A stretch of DNA of 63,885 nt, filler included, from Octopus bimaculoides (GCF_001194135.2; 7 parts of 5 records of this genome joined end to end with filler, not necessarily neighbours in it), one strand, 5' to 3'; positions 13,556-26,026 are shown, counted from the first letter of the whole stretch. Numbers and translations are program-made. The notes: a model not told the origin generated them from the letters alone.

Positions 13556-13765
13556 TTTTACTTATTTCAATCATTTGACTGCGGCTGTGCTGGAGCACCA
13601 TCTTAAAAGGGTTTAGTCGAAGAAATTGCCCCCCAGGACTTATTCTTTGTAAGCCTAGTACTTATTCTATTGATCTCATTTGCTGAACCGCTAGGTTACT
13701 GGGATGTAAGTATGCCAACAGCGGTTGTCAAGCGATGGTGGTGAGGGGATAAACACAGATACAAG
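13553..13765 (-). mobile_element. SINE family A 3' half
   Basis: Reverse complement matches the tail of the full copy at 57100-57293. Confidence 0.8.
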
Positions 13766-15069
13766 GACACATATACATAAATGCTACAGCTTGGCACCAG
13801 TGACATCACAACTTGTTTCTACAGCTGAATGAACTGGAGCAACATGGAATAAAGTGTCTTGCTCAAGAGCACAACACAGCCCTGTCTGAAAATTGAACTC
13901 ACTGCCTCATGTCTGTGAGGCATGACACTCTAACCACTTAGCCATGCACCTTAGCAGAAAGGATTATTAAGGTGGTATTTGGAGCCTAAATTAATATGAA
14001 ATTTTGATAGCAGGTTTTAATTCACATCGCTTGAAAACAGGAAGTTTGTATCACAGAATCAAGGACAGTCTCAGGTATGTTGGCATCAGAAGGGTTAAAA
14101 GTACATATGACTATGGAATACTCAGTCACTGACACCATATTGTACAAAAAAACTAAGCAGGTAGCTTTGTCAATCAAAACAGCTAAAATACTTACTCAGC
14201 ATTGCGGAAAACCATGCATGGTATCCAGGTATCTTGTTACCTTCTCGTTTCGGTTTCTGCTTTATTCAACTTACAGCAGCAATGCTGTTTGTTTGTTTTT
14301 GTTTCTGTTTCTTGGTTCCTCCTGATTAAGAATCTTTTAAAGAACCGTGAATTGCAATAAACACTTTGTTTGTTTGTTTGTTTGTTTGTTTGTTTGTTGT
14401 TATTACTTTTGAGTTTTTGGTTGAGTGTGTCTGTGTGTGTGTGTGTGTAAGATATAGACTAGTGGAAGATAGTTCCTAAGTAGAATGACAGAGATACAAA
14501 TGGTAGATTCTCTAGAGTTTTTGTTGTTGTTTTTGGTTTGTTGGAAGCATTTAACTGGGCCTGAAACAAAATAATATAAAACACAAGAAGATAAAAATGT
14601 AAAACAATAAGAGCAAAAAACAAAAAAAACAAACTCCAAAAAATGCGAGTTATGATGCTTTAGAAGCAGGCTGCTGGGTAAAACTGCTTTCTAAACAAAA
14701 ACCCACCTATGTTGTCAACTTTAGCAGTCATAGAGGTATTTGTGGGAATATATATATATATGTATGTATATATATATATAGTTCAAAAAAACAATAACAA
14801 AAAAAACAAAAAAACATATATATATATATATATATATGTATGTACATGTGTATATAAGTATGTATGTGTGTATGTACGTACATGTGTATGTGTGTATGTA
14901 TATATATATATGTGTGTGTGTGTGTGTATGTATGTATATGTGTGTGTATATATATATATATATATATGCGTATATATGTATGAAAATGTATGTGTATGTA
15001 TTATATGTTTGTATGTGAGATAGAGAGGAAGACTTGTTTTTTTGAGTTTGTGTATGAAGTAGAAGTGTA

Positions 15070-15106
<37 letters not shown>

Positions 15107-15154
15107 NNNNNNNNNNNNNNNNNNNNNNNNNNNNNNNNNNNNNNNNNNNNNNNN

Positions 15155-15191
<37 letters not shown>

Positions 15192-15840
15192 CAATAATTA
15201 TCAAGAACTGTGTATAAGTTTACCCTGGTGTACTGATACTGCTTTGTCTATGCATGTGTATGTGTATATTTACCTTAAGTGTGTGTGTGTGTGTGTGCTT
15301 TTGTGCATATACTCTTTCATATTTACATATGTACATATCTCTGTGTGTGTGTGTGTGCATCCTAATATAATCCAATCGCATTCGCATGCATATATGTATA
15401 TGTGTGATCTACTGTAGCACTGGAAGCAGAAATCCTTATCTTTATGGAGAGAATAAGCTAAAAAAAAAAAATATCTTCAATTTTTTTTTTTTTTCTCTTA
15501 CAACTTTATTACTGTATTGCAAGTATCCAGACTTAATTACATTTATTTCAAACAATTACAGCACGGAAGACACCTATCAGTCATTCAGAAAACACAAAAA
15601 AAAAAAAGGACTTAAATTCACTTAAATAGTTATTATTTAGTGTCAAAATTTCCATCATATCTCCTGCCTCCAGGTTACTGATGTGATTCTCACCAAATAA
15701 TGTTTAAGTGAAGTTAACAGCTTCTGTGTGTTTTTGCATGGGTAATATTACTATTATCATCATTATTTCTTCTTCTTCTTCTTCTTTTTTCTTCTTCTTC
15801 TTCTTCTTCTTCTTCTATTATTACTATTACTATTATTATT

Positions 15841-16062
15841 AAGGTGGTGAGCTAGCAGAATCGTTGGCATGCTGGATGAAATGCTTAGTGGTATTTAGCT
15901 CGTCATTACGTTGTGAGTTCAAATTCCGCTGAGGTCAGCTTTGGCTTCCATCCTTTTGGGGTCGATAAAATAAGTACCAGTGTAACACTGCAGTCAATAT
16001 AATTGACTAGTCTCCTCCCCTAAAATTTCTGGCCTTGTGTCTATAGTAGAAAGGATTATTAA
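15841..16062 (+). mobile_element. SINE family B with tail type 1
   Basis: ggtgagctagcagaatcgttggc...gagttcaaattcc...ggggtcgataaaataagtaccag...ggccttgtgtctatagtagaaagg, flanked by (ATT)n. Confidence 0.85.
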
Positions 16063-16096
16063 TCTTCTTATTATTATTATTGTTATTATTATTATT

Positions 16097-16936
16097 AGGT
16101 GCAGGAGTGGCTGTGTGGTAAGTAGCTTGCTTACCAACCACATGGTTCTGGGTTCAGTCCCATTGCGTAGCAACTTGGGCAAGTGTCTTCTACTATAGCC
16201 TTGGGTCGCTCAAAGCCTTGTGAGTTGATTTAGTAAACGGAAACTGAAAGAAGCCTGTCGTATATATGTGTGTGTGTGTGTGTGTNNNNNNNNNNNNNNN
16301 NNNNNNNNNNNNNNNNNNNNNNNNNNNNNNNNNNNNNNNNNNNNNNNNNNNNNNNNNNNNNNNNNNNNNNNNNNNNNNNNNNNNNNNNNNNNNNNNNNNN
16401 NNNNNNNNNNNNNNNNNNNNNNNNNNNNNNNNNNNNNNNNNNNNNNNNNNNNNNNNNNNNNNNNNNNNNNNNNNNNNNNNNNNNNNNNNNNNNNNNNNNN
16501 NNNNNNNNNNNNNNNNNNNNNNNNNNNNNNNNNNNNNNNNNNNNNNNNNNNNNNNNNNNNNNNNNNNNNNNNNNNNNNNNNNNNNNNNNNNNNNNNNNNN
16601 NNNNNNNNNNNNNNNNNNNNNNNNNNNNNNNNNNNNNNNNNNNNNNNNNNNNNNNNNNNNNNNNNNNNNNNNNNNNNNNNNNNNNNNNNNNNNNNNNNNN
16701 NNNNNNNNNNNNNNNNNNNNNNNNNNNNNNNNNNNNNNNNNNNNNNNNNNNNNNNNNNNNNNNNNNNNNNNNNNNNNNNNNNNNNNNNNNNNNNNNNNNN
16801 NNNNNNGGCGAAAGAGACCGATAGAATAAGTACTAGGCTTCCAAAGAATAAGTCCCTGGGGTCGATTTGCTCGACTAAAAGGCGGTGCTCCAGCATGGCC
16901 ACAGTCAAAATGACTGAAACAAGTAAAAGAGTAAAA
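16097..16936 (+). mobile_element. SINE family A (tRNA head, CORE-like domain, internal microsatellite/gap, tail)
   Basis: Head 16097-16262 (aacttgggcaagt CORE-like), (TG)n running into an N gap, tail 16807-16936. Confidence 0.85.
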
Positions 16937-19265
16937 GCGTATATGTCTGTTCTCCATGCTGGCATGGGTTGAATGGTTTGGTAGCAGCTGGCAAGCCAGA
17001 GGACTGCACCAGGCTTTACTGCCTGTGCTGACATGGTTTTTATGGCTGGATGCCCTTCCTAACACCAACCATGTAATCGTTTTGCTTTTGATACACAGCC
17101 TCAGATCAAATCACTCGCCAGGCAAGTATACCTCTAAAATTTATTTAATGTTTGCAGTAAATCAAGGCTGTCATAGCCTTTGACACTGTCTATATGCAGC
17201 TTTTAAAAATTATTTTGTTTTTTCAATTTAAAAAAAATTTTTCTTTTTGACTTAATTGTGTTCAATTATTATGGAATTTTTAAGTATGAAAGTCAAATAT
17301 GACACCACTCCTATGATATACATTTATATGGTATCATTCATTTTTATTTATTTTCTGTGAACATATCTGGCAGTGAGGAAATATTATCTTGCTTGGAAAC
17401 AAGTGACGGTTGGTGATAGGAAGGGCATCTGGGTATTGAAAAATCTGCTTCAATTAACGCTGTCCACCCTATAATGTAAGCATGGAAAAATGGATGCTAA
17501 AATGATGATGATATAAGTGTGTGTGTGTATGAACGAGATTTATAATGGGAGTTTTATTATTAAGAACTAAATACGATACACAACATAAACACCAACACTC
17601 AGCTACCTTGCAAATGAAATTAAAAAAATTTTGTGTTTTAAAAAGCACCCATGCCTGTGCTACATAAAAAACACCCATACACTCTGTAATGTTGTTGGCA
17701 TTAGGAAGGACATCCAGGCTGTAGAAACCATACCAAAGCAGACAACAGGAGCCATGGGTGGCCCTCTGCCTAGACAGCTCTTGACAAACCATCCAACACA
17801 TGCCACTGTGGAAAATGGATGTTAAATGATAATGGCATGGAGAAAGGGGCAGTGGCCATAGTCATCACAGGCTCTTTGGAAAGGGTTAAAATTTATAGCA
17901 TTAGTGCCCCTCAAACTTAAACTGTTATAAGTTGATAACTGCAGGAAAGACATGAGCAAGGACAATGTTCCTGTGGGCTGATAATCTTAGGAAGATGGAC
18001 TTAGCATTGGGGGTCAGTGTGGGCTCTGAGGGTTTGGCTACAACATGGAAGAATAAGAGATATATGTAAACCAAGAATGCATGAATAGAAGTGACATGAG
18101 ATCTGCTAGATGTAAGGAGCAAAAAAATGTAAAAGCAGTAGAAAAGGCTAAGAGGAAACAACATGTCTGTGGGCCTGAGGCCCAAGTGTATGTTGGTGTG
18201 ACTTAATACTAATCAGTCAAGTGGCTTTTTCCTTCATGTAATCTAAGATGTGTGATCCTATGANNNNNNNNNNNNNNNNNNNNNNNNNNNNNNNNNNNNN
18301 NNNNNNNTTAATTAATTAANNNNNNNNNNNNNNNNNNNNNNNNNNNNNNNNNNNNNNNNNNNNCAGACCTGTCATATTAGAAACATAACATTAGAATAAG
18401 TTCAAAGATTTTGATAGATTCACTTATCAATTTATTGGTCTCTCAGTTTGTCTCTTTCTCCGTCTGACTATATAATTCTCTATCAATAACTGTCTCTTTG
18501 TCTATTCTTTTATCTATGCATTAGTTCAGTGTATCTAAGTGACTTCCTTTATATTCATCTAACAGTTTGTCTAAGTATCTTTCTAGATAGCAGTTTGTCA
18601 GTTTGCCACTCTGTCTCTTTAACTATCTTTCTATTAATTGCACAGTTGCTTCATCTCTTTTACTATCCATCTCTTATTTCATCTACCTCTCTGACTCCCT
18701 GTCTATCAATTAACTAGTCTCATGCTTCAGAAGATCTGTCAAGTCTAGTGAGATCGTAGTCATGGCTGATGCTGGTGTTTCATAATTGGCACGTAAAAAA
18801 CACCCCTTACACTCTTGCAGTGGTTGCTGTTGGGAGGGGCATCCATCTGTAGAGACCATGTCAAATTAGATTGGAACCTGGTGGAGCTCCCCAGTTTACC
18901 AGTTTTCAGTCAAACTGTCCAACCCATGCCAGCATGGAAAACAGACATTAAATGATGATGAGGATGATGATTTGTCTATTCTTTTATCCATCAGTAACTT
19001 TATCCAGCTGCCTAACCAGATGACTATCTTTTCAGAATCTCTCTATCCACCTGTCTATTCATCTATTATTTTGTCTAACTATCTTTCCCACCACCTAACA
19101 ATCGCCCTTGCTTTCTTTATTCCATCTGAAAATTTATACAACTGACCATCTTTCTATTTGTCTGTCAAACTTTTCCTCCTTCTCATCATCATCTTGCATG
19201 AACCAGATGGAATTTATTGGGGCAGACTCTCTACAGCCAGATGCTCCTCCTGAAACCAAACTTAC

Positions 19266-19328
19266 TTGTTTCTGAGGAAATATTTCTCTATAGGAAATTT
19301 CCATGGAATGGGATTTACGGTAACTTAA
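19266..19328 (-). CDS. Exon 2 of STAND/NB-ARC-like NTPase gene
   Basis: Acceptor ttttacag (AG at 19330-19329), 63 nt encoding LSYRKSHSMEISYREIFPQKQ, donor gtaagt at 19265. Phase 0 matches the upstream exon across a 95-nt intron. Confidence 0.6.
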
Positions 19329-19423
19329 CTGTAAAACCTCAATGATCACTAATAACCTACAGAAAGGCAAAATTCAAAATGGTTAACGTAAAAAAAAAGA
19401 GAAAACAATATTAAATTTCTTAC

Positions 19424-19603
19424 AGTTTTCACAAATCTTGTTTTGCCAACATAAGGCAGTCCATAAACTTGTATTATTTGAGTATCTTCATCCTTGATCA
19501 AGATCTTCAGCTTTTCCCTCTCATCATGTCGTCCAACAAAGTGTTTGCCAGAATTGCCTTGCTGTCTTATGTAATTGGAGGGTAATCGATATGGTGCTGC
19601 CAT
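19424..19603 (-). CDS. First identified coding exon of a STAND-class (NB-ARC/AAA_16-like) P-loop NTPase
   Basis: MAAPYRLP...KHFVGRHDEREKLKILIKDEDTQIIQVYGLPYVGKTRFVKT: FVGR motif, helix, hydrophobic strand and Walker A GxxxxGKT. Donor gtaaga at 19423; in-frame TGA four codons upstream of the ATG. Confidence 0.8.
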
Positions 19604-19769
19604 ACTGATAATTCAGAAAGTTCTTTTGCCTTTCTGAATTTTCAAAAGCTGGAATTTTGATGAAGATAAACAGAAGGTAAGTAGGATAAACAGAAGGGAT
19701 AACTGTTGCATCATGGGATAAAACGGAACCCTCAACTATGTATGATGCTTAGAAAAATAAAAGGTCGGC

Positions 19770-19900
19770 TGCATCTATGATTTTATAAGTTTTTCACAAT
19801 TAGATATTGTGACACTTGCAAATGATGGACGGTTCACAGAAGTCATAGAAGATGCTGTTGATGAATTACTAGTGTCTCAGAGAGAATGTTAATCAATCAA
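19770..19900 (+). mobile_element. Possible pogo/Tigger transposase C-terminal remnant
   Basis: Translation DIVTLANDGRFTEVIEDAVDELLVSQRE resembles the acidic Tigger C-terminal segment; short match only. Confidence 0.35.
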
Positions 19901-21176
19901 GGAACTAATATTGTTAGATCAAGAGAAAAATGAGTAATGGTTGTGCTGGATATCTTGGAAGTTTTCTTTACATCGACATTTTTTAAAAAACTTCATTTTT
20001 TTCTAGTCAGTTCAATTTTCTGGTTGCCAAAATTTTGGATGGCAAATAGAGCATCATCTCTGTATAAACCACCGGAGATGTTAGGGGATTAATTCTTAGA
20101 GATCGTTTAGTAGGTAATGCCTTAGAAGGTCCATAACTTGGGCAGAGTCACTGGCGCCCATGGGGATATCAAAAAATTTAGGTGTGTTCTTAGGGGCCTA
20201 GGATTTCCCATCAAACTGTATGATATTTCAGGGGGCTGCTAATATTATATCAATATCATCACAAGATAGGTTGGAATGTTTTTTGAAAAAATTAGGGCTT
20301 TATTTAGAAGAAAAGGAGATATGTTTGAGTAGTATTGATCAATGTCGACCTGTATCAATCTAAAAGTGTGCTTAGGGCATAGAGAATTGAGCCACTCTAT
20401 AACTTCAGTAGTTTTGGTTCAAAGTGTTAATGCAAAAATTTGTGAAGGTTAGGGGAAAAAGGCTGGGTGGAGTTGTTGTTATTTGTATTTTGAGAATAGA
20501 TTTAGTGATTTATGTTTGCAGGTAGAAATTGTACTGCTGCATTCATTACGGAAACCCTGGTTGACTACCATGAAATATAAAAAGAACTTTTTTCAATTTA
20601 TCATACTTCGATAACAAAAAAATCCACAACCTTCTGTCTCAACAAAACACTATTGCTCCTGAAAGTTGTTTTTCTATTTACTACGCATTGCTTGGAGCTT
20701 AACNNNNNNNNNNNNNNNNNNNNNNNNNNNNNNNNNNNNNNNNNNNNNNNNNNNNNNNNNNNNNNNNNNNNNNNNNNNNNNNNNNNNNNNNNNNNNNNNN
20801 NNNNNNNNNNNNNNNNNNNNNNNNNNNNNNNNNNNNNNNNNNNNNNNNNNNNNNNNNNNNNNNNNNNNNNNNNNNNNNNNNNNNNNNNNNNNNNNNNNNN
20901 NNNNNNNNNNNNNNNNNNNNNNNNNNNNNNNNNNNNNNNNNNNNNNNNNNNNNNNNNNNNNNNNNNNNNNNNNNNNNNNNNNNNNNNNNNNNNNNNNNNN
21001 NNNNNNNNNNNNNNNNNNNNNNNNNNNNNNNNNNNNNNNNNNNNNNNNNNNNNNNNNNNNNNNNNNNNNNNNNNNNNNNNNNNNNNNNNNNNNNNNNNNN
21101 NNNNNNNNCATGCATACATACATACATACATATATACGTACGTACATACATACATACATACATACATACATACATA

Positions 21177-21209
<33 letters not shown>

Positions 21210-21296
21210 CATACATGTATATATATATATACAAACACACACATATATATGTATATATGTATGCATAGGTGTGTGTGTGTGTGTGTGTGTGTGCGT

Positions 21297-21332
<36 letters not shown>

Positions 21333-21681
21333 CTGTGTTTGTCCACCCAACCACATCACCATTTGACAACCAGTGCTGGTGTGTTTACATCTCCAGAACT
21401 TAGTGATTTAGCAAAAGTGGCTGACAAAATAAGCAGTATGCTTAAGAAATAAGTCCTGAGGGTCGTTTTGCATGGCTGCAATCAAATGACCAAAACAAAG
21501 AATAAAGGTATAACGACGCCTTTAATTTTTATTTTATTCTGGTGGACCCCACTCCTACGGCCATTCGATATTTAATAACTAATTTTATAGATACTTCTTT
21601 CGAAATTCCTATTTTGTTTATCACACATTAACTTGTGCAGTTTGAACTATATAAGTCGTCAGGGATAGAAATTCAGCTGTT

Positions 21682-21908
21682 TCTTATTTCTTTATTGCCC
21701 ACAAGGGGCTAAACATAGAGGGGACAAGCAAGGACAGACGAACGGATTACATTGACCCCAGTGCATAACCGGTACTTAATTTATCGACCCCGAAAGGATG
21801 AAAGGCAAAGTCAACCTCAGTGGATTTGGACCTCAGAACGTAAAGACAGACGAAATACCGCTAAGCATTTGGCCCGGCGTGCTAACGTTTCTGCCAGCTC
21901 ATCACCTT
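21682..21908 (-). mobile_element. SINE family B with tail type 2
   Basis: Same structure as 11629-11855; near-perfect 11-bp TSD attcagctgtt (21671) / atttagctgtt (21909). Confidence 0.9.
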
Positions 21909-21959
21909 ATTTAGCTGTTATTACAAGAAATACACTTGAAACAGAATCTTTTTTCATTA

Positions 21960-22295
21960 ATCCTTAAAATACTACTGTGATTCCCCAATTTACTNNNNNN
22001 NNNNNNNNNNNNNNNNNNNNNNNNNNNNNNNNNNNNNNNNNNNNNNNNNNNNNNNNNNNNNNNNNNNNNNNNNNNNNNNNNNNNNNNNNNNNNNNNNNNN
22101 NNNNNNNNNNNNNNNNNNNNNNNNNNNNNNNNNNNNNNNNNNNNNNNNNNNNNNNNNNNNNNNNNNNNNNNNNNNNNNNNNNNNNNNNNNNNNNNNNNNN
22201 NNNNNNNNNNNNNNNTGCTTGCGTGGACTCCCAAAAAGGCTTATAGAGCTCCTTACTTCCTCGGGAGTCATATGGAGTATGGTTGAGAACCACTG
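21960..22295. mobile_element. hAT/Charlie-like MITE fragment
   Basis: Ends ggttgagaaccactg (reverse complement of the CAGTGGTTCTCAACC TIR). A second copy at 26027-26117 shares ccttaaaatacta...ccccaatt and the same end. Confidence 0.55.
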
Positions 22296-22860
22296 TTCCA
22301 GAAAGCCTTCAAGGCATTTCAGAAAATCATTTTCTCCTCCCATGTGTCTATAAACTTTATGGCTCCTATACATCTTCCATATAGAAACACTACTTTCATG
22401 GTGGTGATCTTTTATTATTTTGTTCGTCATGATCAAGTTTCTTGTCGTTCTCATTCTCTTCAAAAAGCAGTTTATTGTGTTGTTAAAAAAACGTTTACTG
22501 TGTTGTCAATACAAGTTTTATTATTTGTGCATTTTGTCTGAGTGATTTTGCTTGGTTAGGTGACATATATTTTTTCCCACAAATGTAGGTTGCTGACATA
22601 ATTGTTTCTCGTAAGTATGTATGCATGGGTGTGTATGTGAGTATGTGTGTGTGTGAATGTATGAACGTATGTACGTGTGCTTGTGTGAACGAGTGCATAC
22701 TTGTGTGCGTGCCTGTGTGTGTATGTGTGCCTGTGTGTGTGTGTGTGCGTGTATGTGTGTATTATCATTGAAAATGGAGACAGAAGTATATGCAACTGGA
22801 ATTCTACACAGGTTAAAGAAATGAGATATGAGACATCAGTATAGTTGCACAATTGTACGA

Positions 22861-23040
22861 ATCAAGAGAGAGGAAGAGAGAGAATGAGAGAGAGAATGAG
22901 AGAGAGAGAAGGAGAGAGACAGACAGACAGAGAGAGACAGACAAAGACAGACAGACAGAGACAGACAGACAGATAGACAGACAGAGACAGCTAGACAGAC
23001 AGAGGCAGACAGACAGATAGAGATAGAGAGAAGGAGACAG
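22861..23040. repeat. (GA)n/(GACA)n compound microsatellite
   Basis: Directly visible. Confidence 0.95.
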
Positions 23041-23289
23041 CCTTATTTGAGAGTAAAGTATTATTGCCCCAAAATGAACTCTAGATAATGTTTCATTCTG
23101 AGTTTACTTGTATTTATATATAATCTGAAACCAAATCAGGGCCAGATTATATCATAACACTGCAAGAACAGAACTACCAGGAAGAAAATTAGTTTCAGTT
23201 TTGTAATTTTCATTGATGACCTAATCTTCAGGAAACTTGAATACATGGTCAATGTCAAACACCTCATAGATTCCCACAACTAAGCTGCT

Positions 23290-24278
23290 TTGCGCAAACG
23301 GTTTGGAGGTCTGGGTCTCCGCAAGTGCTTCTCTTTATCTCTCTCCTGTTTTCTTTCCTCCATCCATGCTTGCTCCCCTTCGGTAGGAAACATCCTCTCC
23401 TCTCCAACATGAACTAATTCCAACAAGGAAACGGATGAAACTCTATCACAGAGGGGAGAGAGGTGGGTTTGTTAGTTCCAGTTGCAGTGGAGGATAGACA
23501 GAAACAGAGAGTATGGGACAATCTGCATTCAGGTACCACTTTCAACTCTCTCCTTGATCAATCTAATCAATTTTCAAGGTGTCGCCAAATTTCAGCTCAT
23601 GCAAAATTCTCAGGGAACTAGATTGATGCCTTGCCTGTAGCCAATACAGGGGGTCTACTCAGTCTAGATGAACTCCGCATCTCCATCGTACTCAGAGTGT
23701 GAGCTGACGTCTGTAGAGGACTGAAATGCCGCTGTGGTAGGCCACTCAATGCCAAAGGTCTTCACAGTCTTTCTTACCATCCAAATGCTGGTTGCTTCAC
23801 TCGTCACACTGAGCTAAACCTAATCATTAAGCGGGCCCTGGTTCAGATTAATATCTCCTCAATCCTGGAGCTGTTTGGGTTATCCATAAGTGCTGGAAAG
23901 AGACCACATGGTCTTACCCTCTGTCCCTAAGTTAGAGGTAGCTGCCTCATTTGGGATGCCACAGTCTGCGACTCTTTTTCTCCCTCCCACATCCTGGATA
24001 CTGCAGTTAATCAGACAGTCATTGCTTCCATAACCAAATGGAAGAAAACCCTGAAGTATTGGGACCTGGCAGTGGACTATTTCTTACAACCTGTGGCATT
24101 TGAGATGTTCGGAGGGACTGGGTCACTAACTGCAAAGTTCTTGTCAACGTTGGCAGCTCACCTCACTGAGGTGTCAGGTGATACCCATGAGGATGGTTGC
24201 TTTTCCCAGCACCTTAGCCTCACCATTGCCCATGGTAATGCTGCAAGCATGCTGGCTTGCTTCAGTAGGTTCGGTTAA
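23290..24278 (+). mobile_element. CRE-clade non-LTR retrotransposon 3' fragment (end of RT, zinc knuckle, restriction-like endonuclease)
   Basis: FGGLGLR near 23310. One frame from about 23610 with 3 stops: DALPVANTGG...KCRCG...LHSLS...RHTELN...GKRPHGLTLCP*VRGSCLIWDATVCD...KY...FLQPVAFEMFG...QHLSLTIAHGNAASML. Confidence 0.85.
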
Positions 24279-24520
24279 ACCTTGTGGTGTGCAACCAGTT
24301 TCTGTGATAAAAAAATTCTCAACAAATGGTTTCAATACAGTTTTAACAGAAAGATTTGGAAGAATTAGAAGAAAGTTCTCCTGTAAGTTACTTCCATGTA
24401 AAAAAATGTTTAATTTAAAAATTTGGGAGCAAAATCTTATAAAATAATAATGTTCTAAAAGATGTAAATAAACATGAAAATATAAAAGATGTAATTAAAA
24501 TATGAAAATAAATCATTTAT

Positions 24521-24675
24521 ACAGGCATGGCAATATGGTTTAGAGCAAACAAGTAGTTTGAGGTTCAGTCCCACTGTGTGGCACTTTGTGCAAGTGTCAT
24601 CTACTGAAATCCCAGGCCAATGAATGGTTTGTAAGTGAATTTCATTGACAGAAACGGAAAGAAGCAGGTCGGATA
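24521..24675 (+). mobile_element. Diverged SINE family A head
   Basis: ggttcagtcccactgtgtggcactttgtgcaagtgtc. Confidence 0.7.
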
Positions 24676-25429
24676 TTTGTGTATGTGTGAGACCAAACAA
24701 TTGTAATTTTCTGTTTGACTATCATTGTAACATTTGAATAGAAACACTCAGTAATATTCATACTTGTCTGACTATTATTCACACGACTATTCTTTTCATT
24801 AATAACCATATTAACATATCTTTAACAACAAAAGATCTGACATGCACACACATTTTCATATTTATACATTTTATATCTTCATACTTTCATTTTTACACAT
24901 ATATATTCATGTTATTACTTGATTTAATTATTATTTATATTATTATATTACACCTCCATATTTAGTATCTTTTTATACCAATCACCCATTATAACTAACC
25001 TATTGTACGCATCATGAGTAACCTTCTACTAACATTTGAGCACATACAATTGCTAAACTTTATAACTATTTGACTTTTATTCTAACTTTTGAATAAACAC
25101 GCTTGGTAACACGTACATCAGTTTGACTAGTATTCAGAAAACTTCCTCTCGGTAATAACCATATTAGCACATACTTAACTGCAGAACATGCCTGATATAC
25201 ACTCACATTTTTATGTTCATATAGTTTATACCTTCATTCTTTTACTTTAATATACATGCATGCATGTGTATATGTACATGTATATACATGCGACAGTATG
25301 TGTATAGGTTGCCAGAACAGACATATATGTGCACATGTGTGTGTGCATGTATGGGCACATTTAGATATATGTGTATATGTATGTACGGATAGATGTAAAG
25401 ATTAATGTGCAGGTGCATTTATGTACATG

Positions 25430-25890
25430 TGCCAATGTTGACAAGAAAGTTGCTCTTAGTGGCCCAGTCTCTCCGAATGCCTCAAACGTCACATGTTGGA
25501 AGAGATAGTTCACAGTCAGGCCCCGATATTCAGGGTTTTCTTCCATTCAGCTATTGAAGCAGTGACCTTCTGATTAACTGCAGCATCCAAGATGTGGTGG
25601 GGGAAAAAATGAGTTTCAGACTGTGGTGTCCCAAATGAGGCACTTACCTCTAACCCAGGGACAGAGGGTATCACCATCTGGTCACTTTCCACCACTTCCG
25701 GATAACCCCCAATGGCTCCTGGACTGAGGAGGTATTAATCTGAGCCAGGGTCTGCTTAATGATTAGATTTAGCTCGGTGTGATGAGCAAAGTGACCAGCG
25801 TTTGGGTGGTAAGACAGACTGTGGGGACCTGTGGGGTCGAAGGGCCTACTAAATTTCTCTCACTCTCTCCTCCTGCATCTAGCAGCTCAC
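25430..25890 (-). mobile_element. Second, inverted CRE-clade fragment
   Basis: Reverse complement aligns to about 23710-24150 (HTELNLII...PDGDTLCPWVRGKCLIWDTTV...VTFEAFGETG). Confidence 0.85.
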
Positions 25891-26026
25891 CTGCGACAGA
25901 CCGACGTCCCATCCAGGTGGGGAACCTATACACCGAGAGACCGGTCCTTAGGAGCTAGGCACGGCTCGAGAAGAAACAACAACAAGAAAAACAACAACTT
26001 ACATCTAAAACAAAATTCTTTCAAGT

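Noticed and set aside
14275-14321. Possible 47-nt minus-strand exon with a gtaagt donor
   Set aside because: Weak acceptor, low-complexity content and no motif
22300-22463. Protein-like minus-strand frame (MTNKIIKDHHHESSVSIWKMYRSHKVYRHMGGENDFLKCLEGFLE)
   Set aside because: No recognisable motif or strong donor, and it ends in a MITE; insufficient support as an exon
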